Shown one piece after another: positions 18,942-27,658 of a DNA stretch of 64,000 nucleotides. The notes below the pieces were generated by a model, which was given only the letters and a program-made list of their open reading frames with translations, made no database searches and was not told where the DNA came from. The first letter of the stretch is position 1. Every line of letters begins with the position of its first letter. Made by a program: the position numbers and the translations under genes. This DNA comes from Candidatus Bathyarchaeota archaeon (GTDB lineage Archaea; Thermoproteota; Bathyarchaeia; Bathyarchaeales; Bathycorpusculaceae), in assembly GCA_029881805.1 (NCBI GenBank), contig JAOULW010000005.1, forward strand, positions 1 through 64,000. Reading direction: 5' to 3'.

Positions 18942-20443
18942 ACGGAATGGACTTAGCAATCCAGCAACTAGACACGTTCTTTAATCCTCGATCGGTTGCC
19001 GTCGTCGGAGCTACAAGAAAGATAAACAAGGCAGGGCACGTGATTTTCAAGAATTTTGCTGAAAACAAAAGAAGGGGAACCTTTAAGGGAGAACTCTTCC
19101 CCGTCAACCCACACGAAGACTACATCCTGGGATTTCAATGCTATCCATTCTTGACTAAAATTCGGGGCGAACTCGAATTAGTTGTGATTGTTGTTCCAGC
19201 AAACATTGTTCCAAATATAATGGAGGACGCGGCATCCAAAAAAGCGAAAAATATTGTTATTATCAGCTCAGGTTTCGGTGAAATTGGAAAGCATGAACTT
19301 GAAAACAAAATTGTGGCTATAGCCAAAAAAGCTGGAATGCGAGTCCTAGGTCCAAACTGCCTTGGAGTTTACGATTCAAGGACAGGTGTGGACATGCTTT
19401 TTCTTCCTGAGACAAAAATTCTGACGACAGGAGACGAAGTCATTGCAACTCCTCGCCCCATGCCTGGAGACATAGCAATAGTCACACAGAGTGGAGCTTT
19501 CGGCGTTGCGGCTCTTGACTATTTGACTGGACGGCAAATTGGCGTCAGCAAGTTTGTGAGTTTTGGCAACAAATGCGACGTTAACGAGGCAGAAATGCTG
19601 TATTACTTGTTACACGATGATGAAACAAAGGCTATACTGCTCTATGTGGAAGACATAAAATCTGGAAGGAAATTCATTAACGTAGCCAAAGAAGTGTCAA
19701 AGAGAAAACCCATCGTGGCTCTTAAAGCAGGGAGAACCGAAGCAGGAGCTAGAGCCGCGGCTTCACATACGGGCGCCATGGCAGGCTCAGACAAAATATA
19801 TGACGCTGTTTTTGCACAAACGGGAATTTTAAGGGCGAAGGACATGGAAGAGTTCTTTGATGCTGGAAAGGCATTAGCCATGCAACCTCCAGCCGAAGGC
19901 AAAAATGTTGGCATAATAACTGATGCCGGTGGTCCTGGCATAATGGCTGTTGACGAATGTGAAGCGAAAGGACTGAGAATTAAACGCTTTTCTGAAAAGA
20001 CAATTCAGAAGTTCGAGAAGTTGAAGGAAAATGGTCAACTTCCGAAATTTGCAACAAATCTTAACCCAGTGGACATTACTGGCTCCGCAACTTCTGAAAT
20101 GTTTGAGTATGTAACGAAGATCCTTTTTCAAGACCGAGAAATTGACGGTCTCATAATGCTCGGCTTACATCATACGCCAACTTTGCAAGAAGATTACATA
20201 GACAGAATTGCAGAAGTTGCCAGCAAATATGATAAGCCTATTGTTGCGTGTGACATTGGTGAAACTGAAATGGCTTTGTACACACGCTTTAGGTTTGACA
20301 AGTTAGGAATTCCAGCTTATTCCTCGCCAGAAGACGCGGCAAGAGCTATGAACGCTCTCGTAAACTATGGCTCCTACCTTAAGAAGAGCAAATGGCTGGA
20401 AAAGTACGTGCAAAATTTTCTGAAGAACAAACCTAAAACATAG
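18938..20443 (+). CDS. acyl-CoA synthetase (ADP-forming) alpha subunit, CoA-binding / succinyl-CoA synthetase-like
   Basis: N-terminal CoA-binding Rossmann (RSVAVVGATRK), SCS-alpha-like core, and the phospho-His region around AAASHTGAMAGS. Start overlaps the upstream stop (ATGA). Confidence 0.8.
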   Translation: MNGMDLAIQQLDTFFNPRSVAVVGATRKINKAGHVIFKNFAENKRRGTFKGELFPVNPHEDYILGFQCYPFLTKIRGELELVVIVVPANIVPNIMEDAASKKAKNIVIISSGFGEIGKHELENKIVAIAKKAGMRVLGPNCLGVYDSRTGVDMLFLPETKILTTGDEVIATPRPMPGDIAIVTQSGAFGVAALDYLTGRQIGVSKFVSFGNKCDVNEAEMLYYLLHDDETKAILLYVEDIKSGRKFINVAKEVSKRKPIVALKAGRTEAGARAAASHTGAMAGSDKIYDAVFAQTGILRAKDMEEFFDAGKALAMQPPAEGKNVGIITDAGGPGIMAVDECEAKGLRIKRFSEKTIQKFEKLKENGQLPKFATNLNPVDITGSATSEMFEYVTKILFQDREIDGLIMLGLHHTPTLQEDYIDRIAEVASKYDKPIVACDIGETEMALYTRFRFDKLGIPAYSSPEDAARAMNALVNYGSYLKKSKWLEKYVQNFLKNKPKT

Positions 20444-20445
20444 TT

Positions 20446-20853
20446 TTATTGAAGCGTTAATTTGACTTTTACTGTATCACCGTTTTTGAGTAGAAGTTTC
20501 TCCCGCAAATTTACTGAAGCAATAATCTCTAGAACATTTTCAGGATAGTCTGTGATCTCAGGAATGATGATAGCGCATTTCACGTTGTCCATTAAGTGAG
20601 CTTTGAAGCATTTTCCCCGACAAAAGCCCGTTACTGGCGAGATCTCTGTCGGTTTTGCCATAACTAGTAGTTTCTTAAGCTTAACATCATCCCCAGCGAG
20701 TTCTATGTTTAGTGTGCCTGGGTATGGAATGAAACCAAGTTTTTCAATTATCTGCTTTCTTACCCAAGGGAATGTGATGAATGCTTTGCCTTCGCTTTTT
20801 CCTGAAAAGACTTTTCCTATTATGCATAATTCTTTTGGGTAAGAAGAATTCAT
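20446..20853 (-). CDS. ribK: CTP-dependent riboflavin kinase (archaeal RibK, MJ0056 family)
   Basis: Motifs GKVFSGKSEGKAF, LGFIPYPGTLNIEL and LEIIASVNLREKLLLKNGDTVKV align with archaeal RibK. Confidence 0.8.
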   Translation of the reverse strand: MNSSYPKELCIIGKVFSGKSEGKAFITFPWVRKQIIEKLGFIPYPGTLNIELAGDDVKLKKLLVMAKPTEISPVTGFCRGKCFKAHLMDNVKCAIIIPEITDYPENVLEIIASVNLREKLLLKNGDTVKVKLTLQ

Positions 20854-20873
20854 TGTTTAATGCTCTTGGATAG

Positions 20874-21278
20874 TTATTTTTGTTCTTTCAGCCATTCTGC
20901 AGCTTTCCGGAGTATCGGGTTGGAGGAGATGTCGATCACTGGGACGATCATTTTCTCTTTTGTTTCGATTGTTGATTCATATTTTGGCATGAAAGAGTAG
21001 CCGACAAAGGTCCAGTAGACTTTCTTATTCTCTACCAATGTTTTTGCAACAGTTTCTGTTGACGCTGGCAGCGGAAAATAGAAGAATACCACGCCTTCAG
21101 TCCAGTATAGTCCAACAGCTTTGCCTCCTGCAATGATAGAGACGAATCTTGCTATGTCATTAGGCGTTGAAAAGAAAGTGTGTTCCATCACCACAATTTC
21201 CTTGAATGGTTCATATCTGACAACTACCTCGTTTTCGTTCATGAATCTTTCACCAAGCCTCTGATGTCTACACTGCAT
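20874..21278 (-). CDS. hypothetical protein
   Basis: 134-aa ORF with no recognised motif. Real start may be the internal MNENEV. Confidence 0.3.
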   Translation of the reverse strand: MQCRHQRLGERFMNENEVVVRYEPFKEIVVMEHTFFSTPNDIARFVSIIAGGKAVGLYWTEGVVFFYFPLPASTETVAKTLVENKKVYWTFVGYSFMPKYESTIETKEKMIVPVIDISSNPILRKAAEWLKEQK

Positions 21279-21388
21279 CGAAGTTCCCTTTTAATCTTGC
21301 CGTACTTTCTAGAAAAAAGTTCTAAAAGACAACCTCACAAGGCATTTAAACGAATATCACACAATGAATACTACTGCTGGAAGATACA

Positions 21389-21610
21389 TTGACAACATCA
21401 AAAATCGCGAGAATCTTGGAGTTGCTCAGTAATGAACAATGGTATACTCTAAAAGAGATACAACACGAAATCAAGTTGAACGAGAATCAGATCTTACAAA
21501 TCATAAGATTTCTAGAGGAATACAATTTCATAGTAGTCGATGAAGCAAACAAGACGATTAGAATCGAAGGAAATGTTCGAAGATTCCTAGCTACAAATAT
21601 TACTTCATAA
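21389..21610 (+). CDS. small winged-helix DNA-binding protein
   Basis: 73-aa ORF with HTH-like ..YTLKEIQHEIKLNENQILQIIRFL.. Confidence 0.35.
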   Translation: MTTSKIARILELLSNEQWYTLKEIQHEIKLNENQILQIIRFLEEYNFIVVDEANKTIRIEGNVRRFLATNITS

Positions 21611-22019
21611 GAGCTTTCAGATTTTTGTAAGCCCTCAAAAACTCCTTACCCCTATCTGTGGTTGTGAACAACCTTGGGTCAGGATTGCCATCGTTACTAA
21701 CACGCCATAAGAACCCCTTTTTAAGTAGAAAATCCAGATAGCCTCTTAGCTGTTTGAAGCTCAGATTACAATGATACATCAAATAGGTTTTTTTGGTCCC
21801 GTTGTGAGAGGCTTCCAAGATATCTGCAATAATGTCAAATCGCCCACGATGACTATTGCCTCTGTTCTTCTTATTCTGAACCGACAAATTCATCAAACCA
21901 GCCTCTGGAAAGGCTGCTAAGACTCCCTTCTCCCAAGAAATATAATTAGAAAACCGCAATTTAAACTTTCTGAAATGACATCTAGTTATGTTAAGAAAAT
22001 ATACCGGGGAAGTGAACAA
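21600..22019 (-). CDS. winged-helix domain protein (start probably internal)
   Basis: C-terminal wHTH-like LSFKQLRGYLDFLLKKGFLWRV...LFTTTDRGKEFL. Confidence 0.4.
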   Translation of the reverse strand: MFTSPVYFLNITRCHFRKFKLRFSNYISWEKGVLAAFPEAGLMNLSVQNKKNRGNSHRGRFDIIADILEASHNGTKKTYLMYHCNLSFKQLRGYLDFLLKKGFLWRVSNDGNPDPRLFTTTDRGKEFLRAYKNLKALMK

Positions 22020-22045
22020 AGAAAATATGTTGATCTTAATCTCAT

Positions 22046-22456
22046 CTAAGTCGAACGAATTCTTTTCAGAATCTTTTCTTGATCAACGTTTTTTTCTGTG
22101 AAGATGCTTACTTTGTTTTCGTCTATCGTTAAAGAAAGTATCTTGACCTCTTTGCCTTCAAGGATTATTTTCTTGACATCGCCCAGATCAAAAAGCTCTG
22201 AAAGCTCTTGGCTCGCGTCAACGGACGAAGATGAAAGAATGGCGTAGTCGATTATTTTTGTTGGATCCTTAAGATCTATTGTTGCAGAGGTAGAATTTCT
22301 TAGAATGTAGCCTATTACTCCTTCGTATGTTTTGATTTCTTCGAGATTTCCCCGTAAGTTGTCTACAGTTGATTCGACGGCTACGGGTTCAGTCATGGTA
22401 GCAGCTTCTTGAGTTCCTCTTTTTTTCTTACCCATTACATAGCCTCCGTTACTCAA
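22046..22456 (-). CDS. roadblock/LC7 (MglB-like) domain protein
   Basis: Pattern ..YEGVIGYILRN.....ID......IIDYAILSSSS.....ELSELFDLGDVKKIILEGKE..ILSL...ENK.SIF.EK matches roadblock-like folds. Confidence 0.5.
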   Translation of the reverse strand: MSNGGYVMGKKKRGTQEAATMTEPVAVESTVDNLRGNLEEIKTYEGVIGYILRNSTSATIDLKDPTKIIDYAILSSSSVDASQELSELFDLGDVKKIILEGKEVKILSLTIDENKVSIFTEKNVDQEKILKRIRST

Positions 22457-23282
22457 CTATTGGCTTAACCCTCACGAGTTCGCCCTTCCTGACTCCGAGA
22501 TCAATCTGTATTTTTTCCGGCATCCGTATGATGCCCTTTCCCTCGTATTTTGAACCTTTGATCGGTTTGACTTTACTTCGTGCGCTCTTCCCGTCAAAGG
22601 TTTCAATTATGACTTCTTCGATTTTCTTGTCGTCGTAGAGACTGTCCCATTGGGACAGTATTTCTGTGTCAATGCGTACAGTGTCGGAGGGAACCAGTAA
22701 ACCGCCAAGGTTTTCAACTATGAGCTGGTTTACAGGAGGCTCTGGAAGCGCTAGCTCAGGTTTGGTTTCAGGGTCTATTATTTCTTTAGGCTCTTCTATC
22801 GCATCTTCCTCAACGGTCTCCTCAGATTCTTCAACCGCAGGGATTTCAGGCTCTATTTTAGGCGATGGTGGATTGCTCTTGAGGGAGGTAGGGTGGATGT
22901 TATCCAGTAGCTTTAGAACCGTTGGAATTAGGACGCGGGTCACCGTGTTCACGAAGTTCATGTCTGCTTTCTTGGACGTAACTGTAACTAGATAAAGGTC
23001 TTTTACATAGGAGACGTCTACTCTACCGTTGCTGCCTTCAAGGGTTATACCTTCAACACCACCTATGGCTTCAGCCTTTTCTAAAATGCTATCAAACGCA
23101 TTTACAACACGCACCATTGTTTTTTCAGGTGTACTCTCGTCTCCAGCCACTATTTCGCCGTCTTCTCTGAACATGAACGTGCTAGTAACATCTGGGCACA
23201 CATTTCGAATCTCGTCCAAAGCACTTTTTAGAGCAAAAGAGTAAACTTCATTACTCATAACTTTCACTTCCCATGTCGCCAT
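22449..23282 (-). CDS. roadblock/LC7-like N-terminal domain protein with acidic linker and C-terminal domain
   Basis: N-terminal 120 aa roadblock-like, then a PE-rich low-complexity linker. Overlaps neighbours on both sides, indicating an operon. Confidence 0.45.
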   Translation of the reverse strand: MATWEVKVMSNEVYSFALKSALDEIRNVCPDVTSTFMFREDGEIVAGDESTPEKTMVRVVNAFDSILEKAEAIGGVEGITLEGSNGRVDVSYVKDLYLVTVTSKKADMNFVNTVTRVLIPTVLKLLDNIHPTSLKSNPPSPKIEPEIPAVEESEETVEEDAIEEPKEIIDPETKPELALPEPPVNQLIVENLGGLLVPSDTVRIDTEILSQWDSLYDDKKIEEVIIETFDGKSARSKVKPIKGSKYEGKGIIRMPEKIQIDLGVRKGELVRVKPIVE

Positions 23283-23708
23283 TTAGAACAGTTTAAAGAG
23301 TATACGTTCGGGAACGCCATCAGTTTCTACGACAAGATACTTCAGACCTTCAGTGTCTCCAAGCTGATCCAGCCATTTCAGTGCTTCGCGAGCTTTCTGT
23401 AGAATCAAAAGCCTTTCCTGATGGCTTCGCACAACTTGCTCGATAGCTGTAAGCTCATGAAATGGATTGGCATCCAACACTATGTTTAGGCTGCCTATGG
23501 TGATTTCGCCGAGGCTTTCGGTTCCACCTTTCTTGCCTGCGAGCTTCATGACGACTTCGCGAATTTTCTTTGATTTTTCGGCTAATGCCCTGATGTCATC
23601 TAATCGACGTAGATACTCGCCTAGCGTGCTCTTAGTTTCGGATATCTCCTTATCTAGGGTTTCAGCTATATCTTCTGCTGATGTGTACTCTTTTATTTCC
23701 ACGACCAT
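23283..23708 (-). CDS. hypothetical protein in the pilin/roadblock operon
   Basis: 141-aa ORF directly abutting the downstream gene (23282/23283). Confidence 0.4.
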   Translation of the reverse strand: MVVEIKEYTSAEDIAETLDKEISETKSTLGEYLRRLDDIRALAEKSKKIREVVMKLAGKKGGTESLGEITIGSLNIVLDANPFHELTAIEQVVRSHQERLLILQKAREALKWLDQLGDTEGLKYLVVETDGVPERILFKLF

Positions 23709-23799
23709 TTATTTTTCGCACCTCCAAAGAGGAAACAACAGGGGGAAATTTGTAGTGGCTTGAACCACCCTACTCCCGAATCGCAACAAAGATGGAAGA

Positions 23800-24234
23800 C
23801 TATCCTGAGTTCTGGCCACCAGCGAAGGCATTGGTGTACTTATAACCACTTGACGATGCTACAGAGATATCATAGTTGGTTCCGTTTGTGTATGCATATG
23901 TTACAGTTAGCGAAGTGCCAGTTCCTGATAAAAGAACAAGTGGCAGATTAGTTGGCTGGGTAACTCCTAAAGTTCCGTAGTTTACTAATACCTGCTGTAT
24001 TGTTACATCTTTAGTTCCTGTGTTGTTTATCATTATAGTGAATGTTCTTAAGGTCGGGGTGTCATTCCAATTCCAAGTCATCTTTGATATCGTTAGCTGT
24101 TCAGTTCCCATGAATGTAAATGTCAAGGCTCCCATCCACGCTGCTACTGCGATGCTGACTGCAACGGTCACAGCGATGAGGATGATTGATGCGACTACGG
24201 GGCTTAGTGCTTTCCTGCTCTTCAATATTTTCAT
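23800..24234 (-). CDS. archaeal type IV pilin-like protein (class III signal peptide)
   Basis: N-terminus MKILKSRKALSPVVASIILIAVTVAV is the archaeal prepilin signal plus hydrophobic stretch. Thr/Asn-rich beta-rich body. Confidence 0.7.
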   Translation of the reverse strand: MKILKSRKALSPVVASIILIAVTVAVSIAVAAWMGALTFTFMGTEQLTISKMTWNWNDTPTLRTFTIMINNTGTKDVTIQQVLVNYGTLGVTQPTNLPLVLLSGTGTSLTVTYAYTNGTNYDISVASSSGYKYTNAFAGGQNSG

Positions 24235-24246
24235 TTTTCTTTCTAT

Positions 24247-24298
24247 CCCTCCTTTTGGGGTTTCACGTGTATTTTAGTAGAAGCAAGGGATTTAAATC
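24247..24298 (-). promoter_or_regulatory. pilin promoter with TATA box (TTTAAATCCC) and GGAGG RBS
   Basis: Minus-strand tttaaatccc lies about 57 nt upstream of the pilin ATG. aaaaggaggg precedes the ATG. Confidence 0.35.
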
Positions 24299-24431
24299 TT
24301 ACGACTTAAGACACTATATTATTCGTTTGTAAAACAGAACAACAAGAAATTGAAAACGTACGGCTAGTTTACTATGTAAAAGACCATTATTTAGAAATGT
24401 GTTCTACAGGTGACAGTTGTTGGTTTCGGTG

Positions 24432-24770
24432 TTAGAGGTTAAGTTTGTCGAAGAATTCTAGTAGAAGTTTGGCGACTTTTTCACCAAATTCTGTCTTGAC
24501 GTAATACTTCTTCAGTGGATCAATGCGTTCGCTCTTGGCTAGGCCTAGATCTTCTATTTCGATCATCCTTGATCTGAACGTACCGTCGCTGAGGGTTAAG
24601 CCGTTTTCGCGCATGAAATCTTTGGCTTCTTTCCATTTTCCCCGTTTCATGTGAAGCAGCATTATGCAGTCTATGGCATGGTCTTTTTCGAGCATGGTTT
24701 TTATGGCTGCGGTTTTTGGGCTTGTCAGGATACGCTTAATCTTCTCCTCTTCTCCGCTCTTTACCATCAT
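24432..24770 (-). CDS. hypothetical winged-helix-like protein
   Basis: 112-aa basic ORF. Confidence 0.35.
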   Translation of the reverse strand: MMVKSGEEEKIKRILTSPKTAAIKTMLEKDHAIDCIMLLHMKRGKWKEAKDFMRENGLTLSDGTFRSRMIEIEDLGLAKSERIDPLKKYYVKTEFGEKVAKLLLEFFDKLNL

Positions 24771-25110
24771 ACATCAACTCGTCTTTTCTGCTCTCTGATT
24801 ATATCTGATTCGCTTTAAAAGATTTAAGCTCTATTACGATTTATGACATGTATCCGAGGGTTCATAATATGTTTTTGAGCGTATTTCAAGCCTTTTTATA
24901 CGGTAAAGTGAGGGTTTCTGTTGTGCTCTGCGGATAGTAGATCCCCGTACATATGATTGAACATTAGGCTACAAGCCATCTCTATGCGTCTAACAGCACG
25001 TATGCAGTTTGCACAACAGTCTCCCCTTAATCAACAGAGTGCACAACACCAATCAAAACCAGAGGAAATGCAGCAAAAAACAGGAACGGAACGGCTGTCT
25101 AAACCTCTAG

Positions 25111-25134
25111 AACCAGGATTAAGCTGGTTTTTTC
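25111..25134 (+). terminator. hairpin plus T-tract (AACCAG-gattaag-CTGGTT-TTTTT), plus-strand orientation
   Basis: Perfect 6-bp inverted repeat followed by T5. Orientation fits a plus-strand transcript although flanking genes are on the minus strand. Confidence 0.35.
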
Positions 25135-25161
25135 CATGATTTAGACTAGCACATGCTATCA

Positions 25162-26079
25162 TTATCTCCGTTTTCTATAGATTATGAAGATAGCTATCGC
25201 GATCATTATGAACAGTACGCACGCTAAAAGGTATAGGAACCAAGGTCCACCTATGAGAGGCTTTACGGAAATACTTGCAATTGCACTTTCTGTTCTTGCT
25301 TCCTGAATTGTAGTCACTGCTTTAATTTGATGCGTTCCCTCTCTAGGCGGTATCCATTCTGATTCGTAATCGCCTTGACTGCTCGCTGTAACATTTTCCA
25401 ACGTAACCCAGCTTGTCTCATTCTCGAACAAGTATTGAATTGTGACGTTAACACTTTCTTGCAGTGCCTCAATATATCCAAGAACCTTGACGCGTTCTCC
25501 CAGATTCACCTCAAGAGGTAATGCAGTTATGTATATTGGGCTATAGTAGCCATTGTTTTTTGAATGTGGAATTTGGCTTGCAGGTTCTGATGATGTCGCC
25601 TTATTATACAATAATGTTTGCAAGACTAATTCGCAGCTTCCGATGTCAACGACGTTGAAGGTTAATTTGGTGATGGTTCCGCTGCCGTTGAAGGACGGAG
25701 TTGATGTGCCAATGGATGTAGCATTAAGTAAATACTCACCGCTACCGATTGTTTCATTTACAAAAATGGGTTGTGAATCATTATATAAAACTCCTTCAGG
25801 ATGCGACTCCACGCCCAGTAGTGGTTCAGCATTTCCCAAATGTAGAATCGAATTGTTCCAATATAGCTGCGTTTCAACCGCGAAAAGGTTTTGGACATCC
25901 GCAATTGTTATACTTACATTGAACTGTTGACCAATTCCGGCTACATTTTGGTATGGCTCAACCTTAACAACAGTCTGAGAAGTAGCGTTCGTTCTTACCT
26001 GTGAGGTTGTCGCGAGTGTCAAAATTAGGACGAGTATCCATAATTTCTTCGTATTATTCATATTTACATCAGTCCCCAA
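25162..26079 (-). CDS. secreted surface protein with N-terminal signal peptide and C-terminal TM anchor
   Basis: Signal peptide KKLWILVLILTLATTSQV. Many N-x-S/T sequons. C-terminal FLYLLACVLFIMIAIAIFIIYRKRR. Confidence 0.5.
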   Translation of the reverse strand: MGTDVNMNNTKKLWILVLILTLATTSQVRTNATSQTVVKVEPYQNVAGIGQQFNVSITIADVQNLFAVETQLYWNNSILHLGNAEPLLGVESHPEGVLYNDSQPIFVNETIGSGEYLLNATSIGTSTPSFNGSGTITKLTFNVVDIGSCELVLQTLLYNKATSSEPASQIPHSKNNGYYSPIYITALPLEVNLGERVKVLGYIEALQESVNVTIQYLFENETSWVTLENVTASSQGDYESEWIPPREGTHQIKAVTTIQEARTESAIASISVKPLIGGPWFLYLLACVLFIMIAIAIFIIYRKRR

Positions 26080-26255
26080 GGTGCTAAAATTGATGAACTA
26101 TCTAATCTTCGTACTCTTGACTTTTAAAGTTCACTTTATTGCCCTCGGCTCAATTCTCATAATTTCCGTGCAATTGCTAGCGCACGACATGATAGATGTA
26201 AAAGATACTCTCATAACAGCAATAAACTACGAAAAAAGGTATAAAATCCCATGGA

Positions 26256-27629
26256 TTAGTGTTTCCTGTTAACGTATTCTGCTGCCAGTAAAGCGCTTCC
26301 AAGCTGCACTCTGACTAGGCTCTTTATAGGTATGACCTTATAGGAAAGCTGTTTTTCCAGCTCTTGATTCAATTCTGTAGTGCGATTGAAAGCTTCTTTT
26401 TCAACCTCTCTGTTTTCTGTGTCCTTAACGCAGCGATAGAGTATTCCAGAAATCAAAAGACCATAGAAACGGCTAAGCACATATGAATCAAACTTTTCAG
26501 CCACTGTTGCCTTTTTTTTCAACTTAGGGTCAGTCTCAGCCCAATGTTCGCGTGCAGCTATTTGATCTGGAAAGCGTCTAAGAAACTCTTCAATAGTGTC
26601 TATGAACGGTTTTTTATTCTTATGTTTCTTGATGCGTGCCTTTACTTGTGTGTAGTTTTTCTTGACGAAATTGTAACGTTCTTTCTCAATTTTAATGTTA
26701 TAGAAAACTGCTTCTTTTCTGGTGACATCTGATTTGGAAGTTTCTGCAATTCGTGGGTCATAGTAATAGGGCATTTCGCACACTAAAGTGAAGTTTTCTC
26801 CTGCTTTTCGAGCGTAGTCGACACTGCTTGTGCCGCCTTTAATTATCTTTGCTGGGTCCTTCTTCACATGTTTCTTTAGAAACTCGTATGACTCAGCTGA
26901 GGTTGGCATTTTGAATATTGCATCTGCAAGTTTTTTCATGTATGGAGCTTCCGGCTCGCCTAAATGTAAAGGTAATTTTTCCTTTTTGGCTAGATTCTGA
27001 AACTTGCTGTAAAGCGGTTTGCAGGGCGATGAAACATAGAAGTAGACCCCGCCGAATCCAGAATTGTGGAGGCTGTACATGAACCTTGGCTTTCTATCAT
27101 CGATTATCTTCATCAAGGCTTTTGTTTCTGGAAGCGGCTTGTTCCAAACAAGCGTTTTGTACTCAATTGGAAAAGTCCATTCAACCTGTTGGTAGGATGG
27201 TGGGCGATAATAATTCAAAGCATAATTAAGTGGAGTGAAGGGTCCCTTGAACCATCCTTCATTGAGCCTTGCTCCATCTACGTCTATGGCTTTGATTATA
27301 TACCACGTGAAGTCGAGTTCGCTCAGGGCTTTGTCTTCCACTAGTTTCAAAGAAAGATATTCCAGTGTCATGCTACCGATAGGCTCATTTGGATGTGGGA
27401 AACCGAAAAGCAAAGCCGTCTTTTTCCCTTTGCCAATCCTTAATGCCCTGATCTTCTCTCCTTTACGTGACTTGCCTATCTCGAAAATTTTGACCCTAGA
27501 TGGATATTTTTTAGCGAGCTTTTCAGAACTCTCGTTTAATTCATCTATAGTGTAGAAGGATTTGTACTCAGGGACCTTTTCTAAAACGCTTTCAAACATG
27601 TAGTCTCGCCGAACGAATAGTGCAAACAA
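26256..27629 (-). CDS. M14-family zinc carboxypeptidase-like protein
   Basis: Region YTIDELNESSEKLAKKYPSRVKIFEIGKSRKGEKIRALRIG...FGFPHPNEPIG has the HxxE zinc motif in M14 context. Second His in SLHNSG. Confidence 0.65.
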   Translation of the reverse strand: MFALFVRRDYMFESVLEKVPEYKSFYTIDELNESSEKLAKKYPSRVKIFEIGKSRKGEKIRALRIGKGKKTALLFGFPHPNEPIGSMTLEYLSLKLVEDKALSELDFTWYIIKAIDVDGARLNEGWFKGPFTPLNYALNYYRPPSYQQVEWTFPIEYKTLVWNKPLPETKALMKIIDDRKPRFMYSLHNSGFGGVYFYVSSPCKPLYSKFQNLAKKEKLPLHLGEPEAPYMKKLADAIFKMPTSAESYEFLKKHVKKDPAKIIKGGTSSVDYARKAGENFTLVCEMPYYYDPRIAETSKSDVTRKEAVFYNIKIEKERYNFVKKNYTQVKARIKKHKNKKPFIDTIEEFLRRFPDQIAAREHWAETDPKLKKKATVAEKFDSYVLSRFYGLLISGILYRCVKDTENREVEKEAFNRTTELNQELEKQLSYKVIPIKSLVRVQLGSALLAAEYVNRKH

Positions 27630-27658
27630 AATGAATAAAAGATTTGTCGTGTGTTATG

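Noticed and set aside
24957-25139. 60-aa Q-rich ORF as a protein-coding gene
   Set aside because: Implausible composition and no RBS or promoter evidence. The region is more likely non-coding RNA or plain intergenic DNA.
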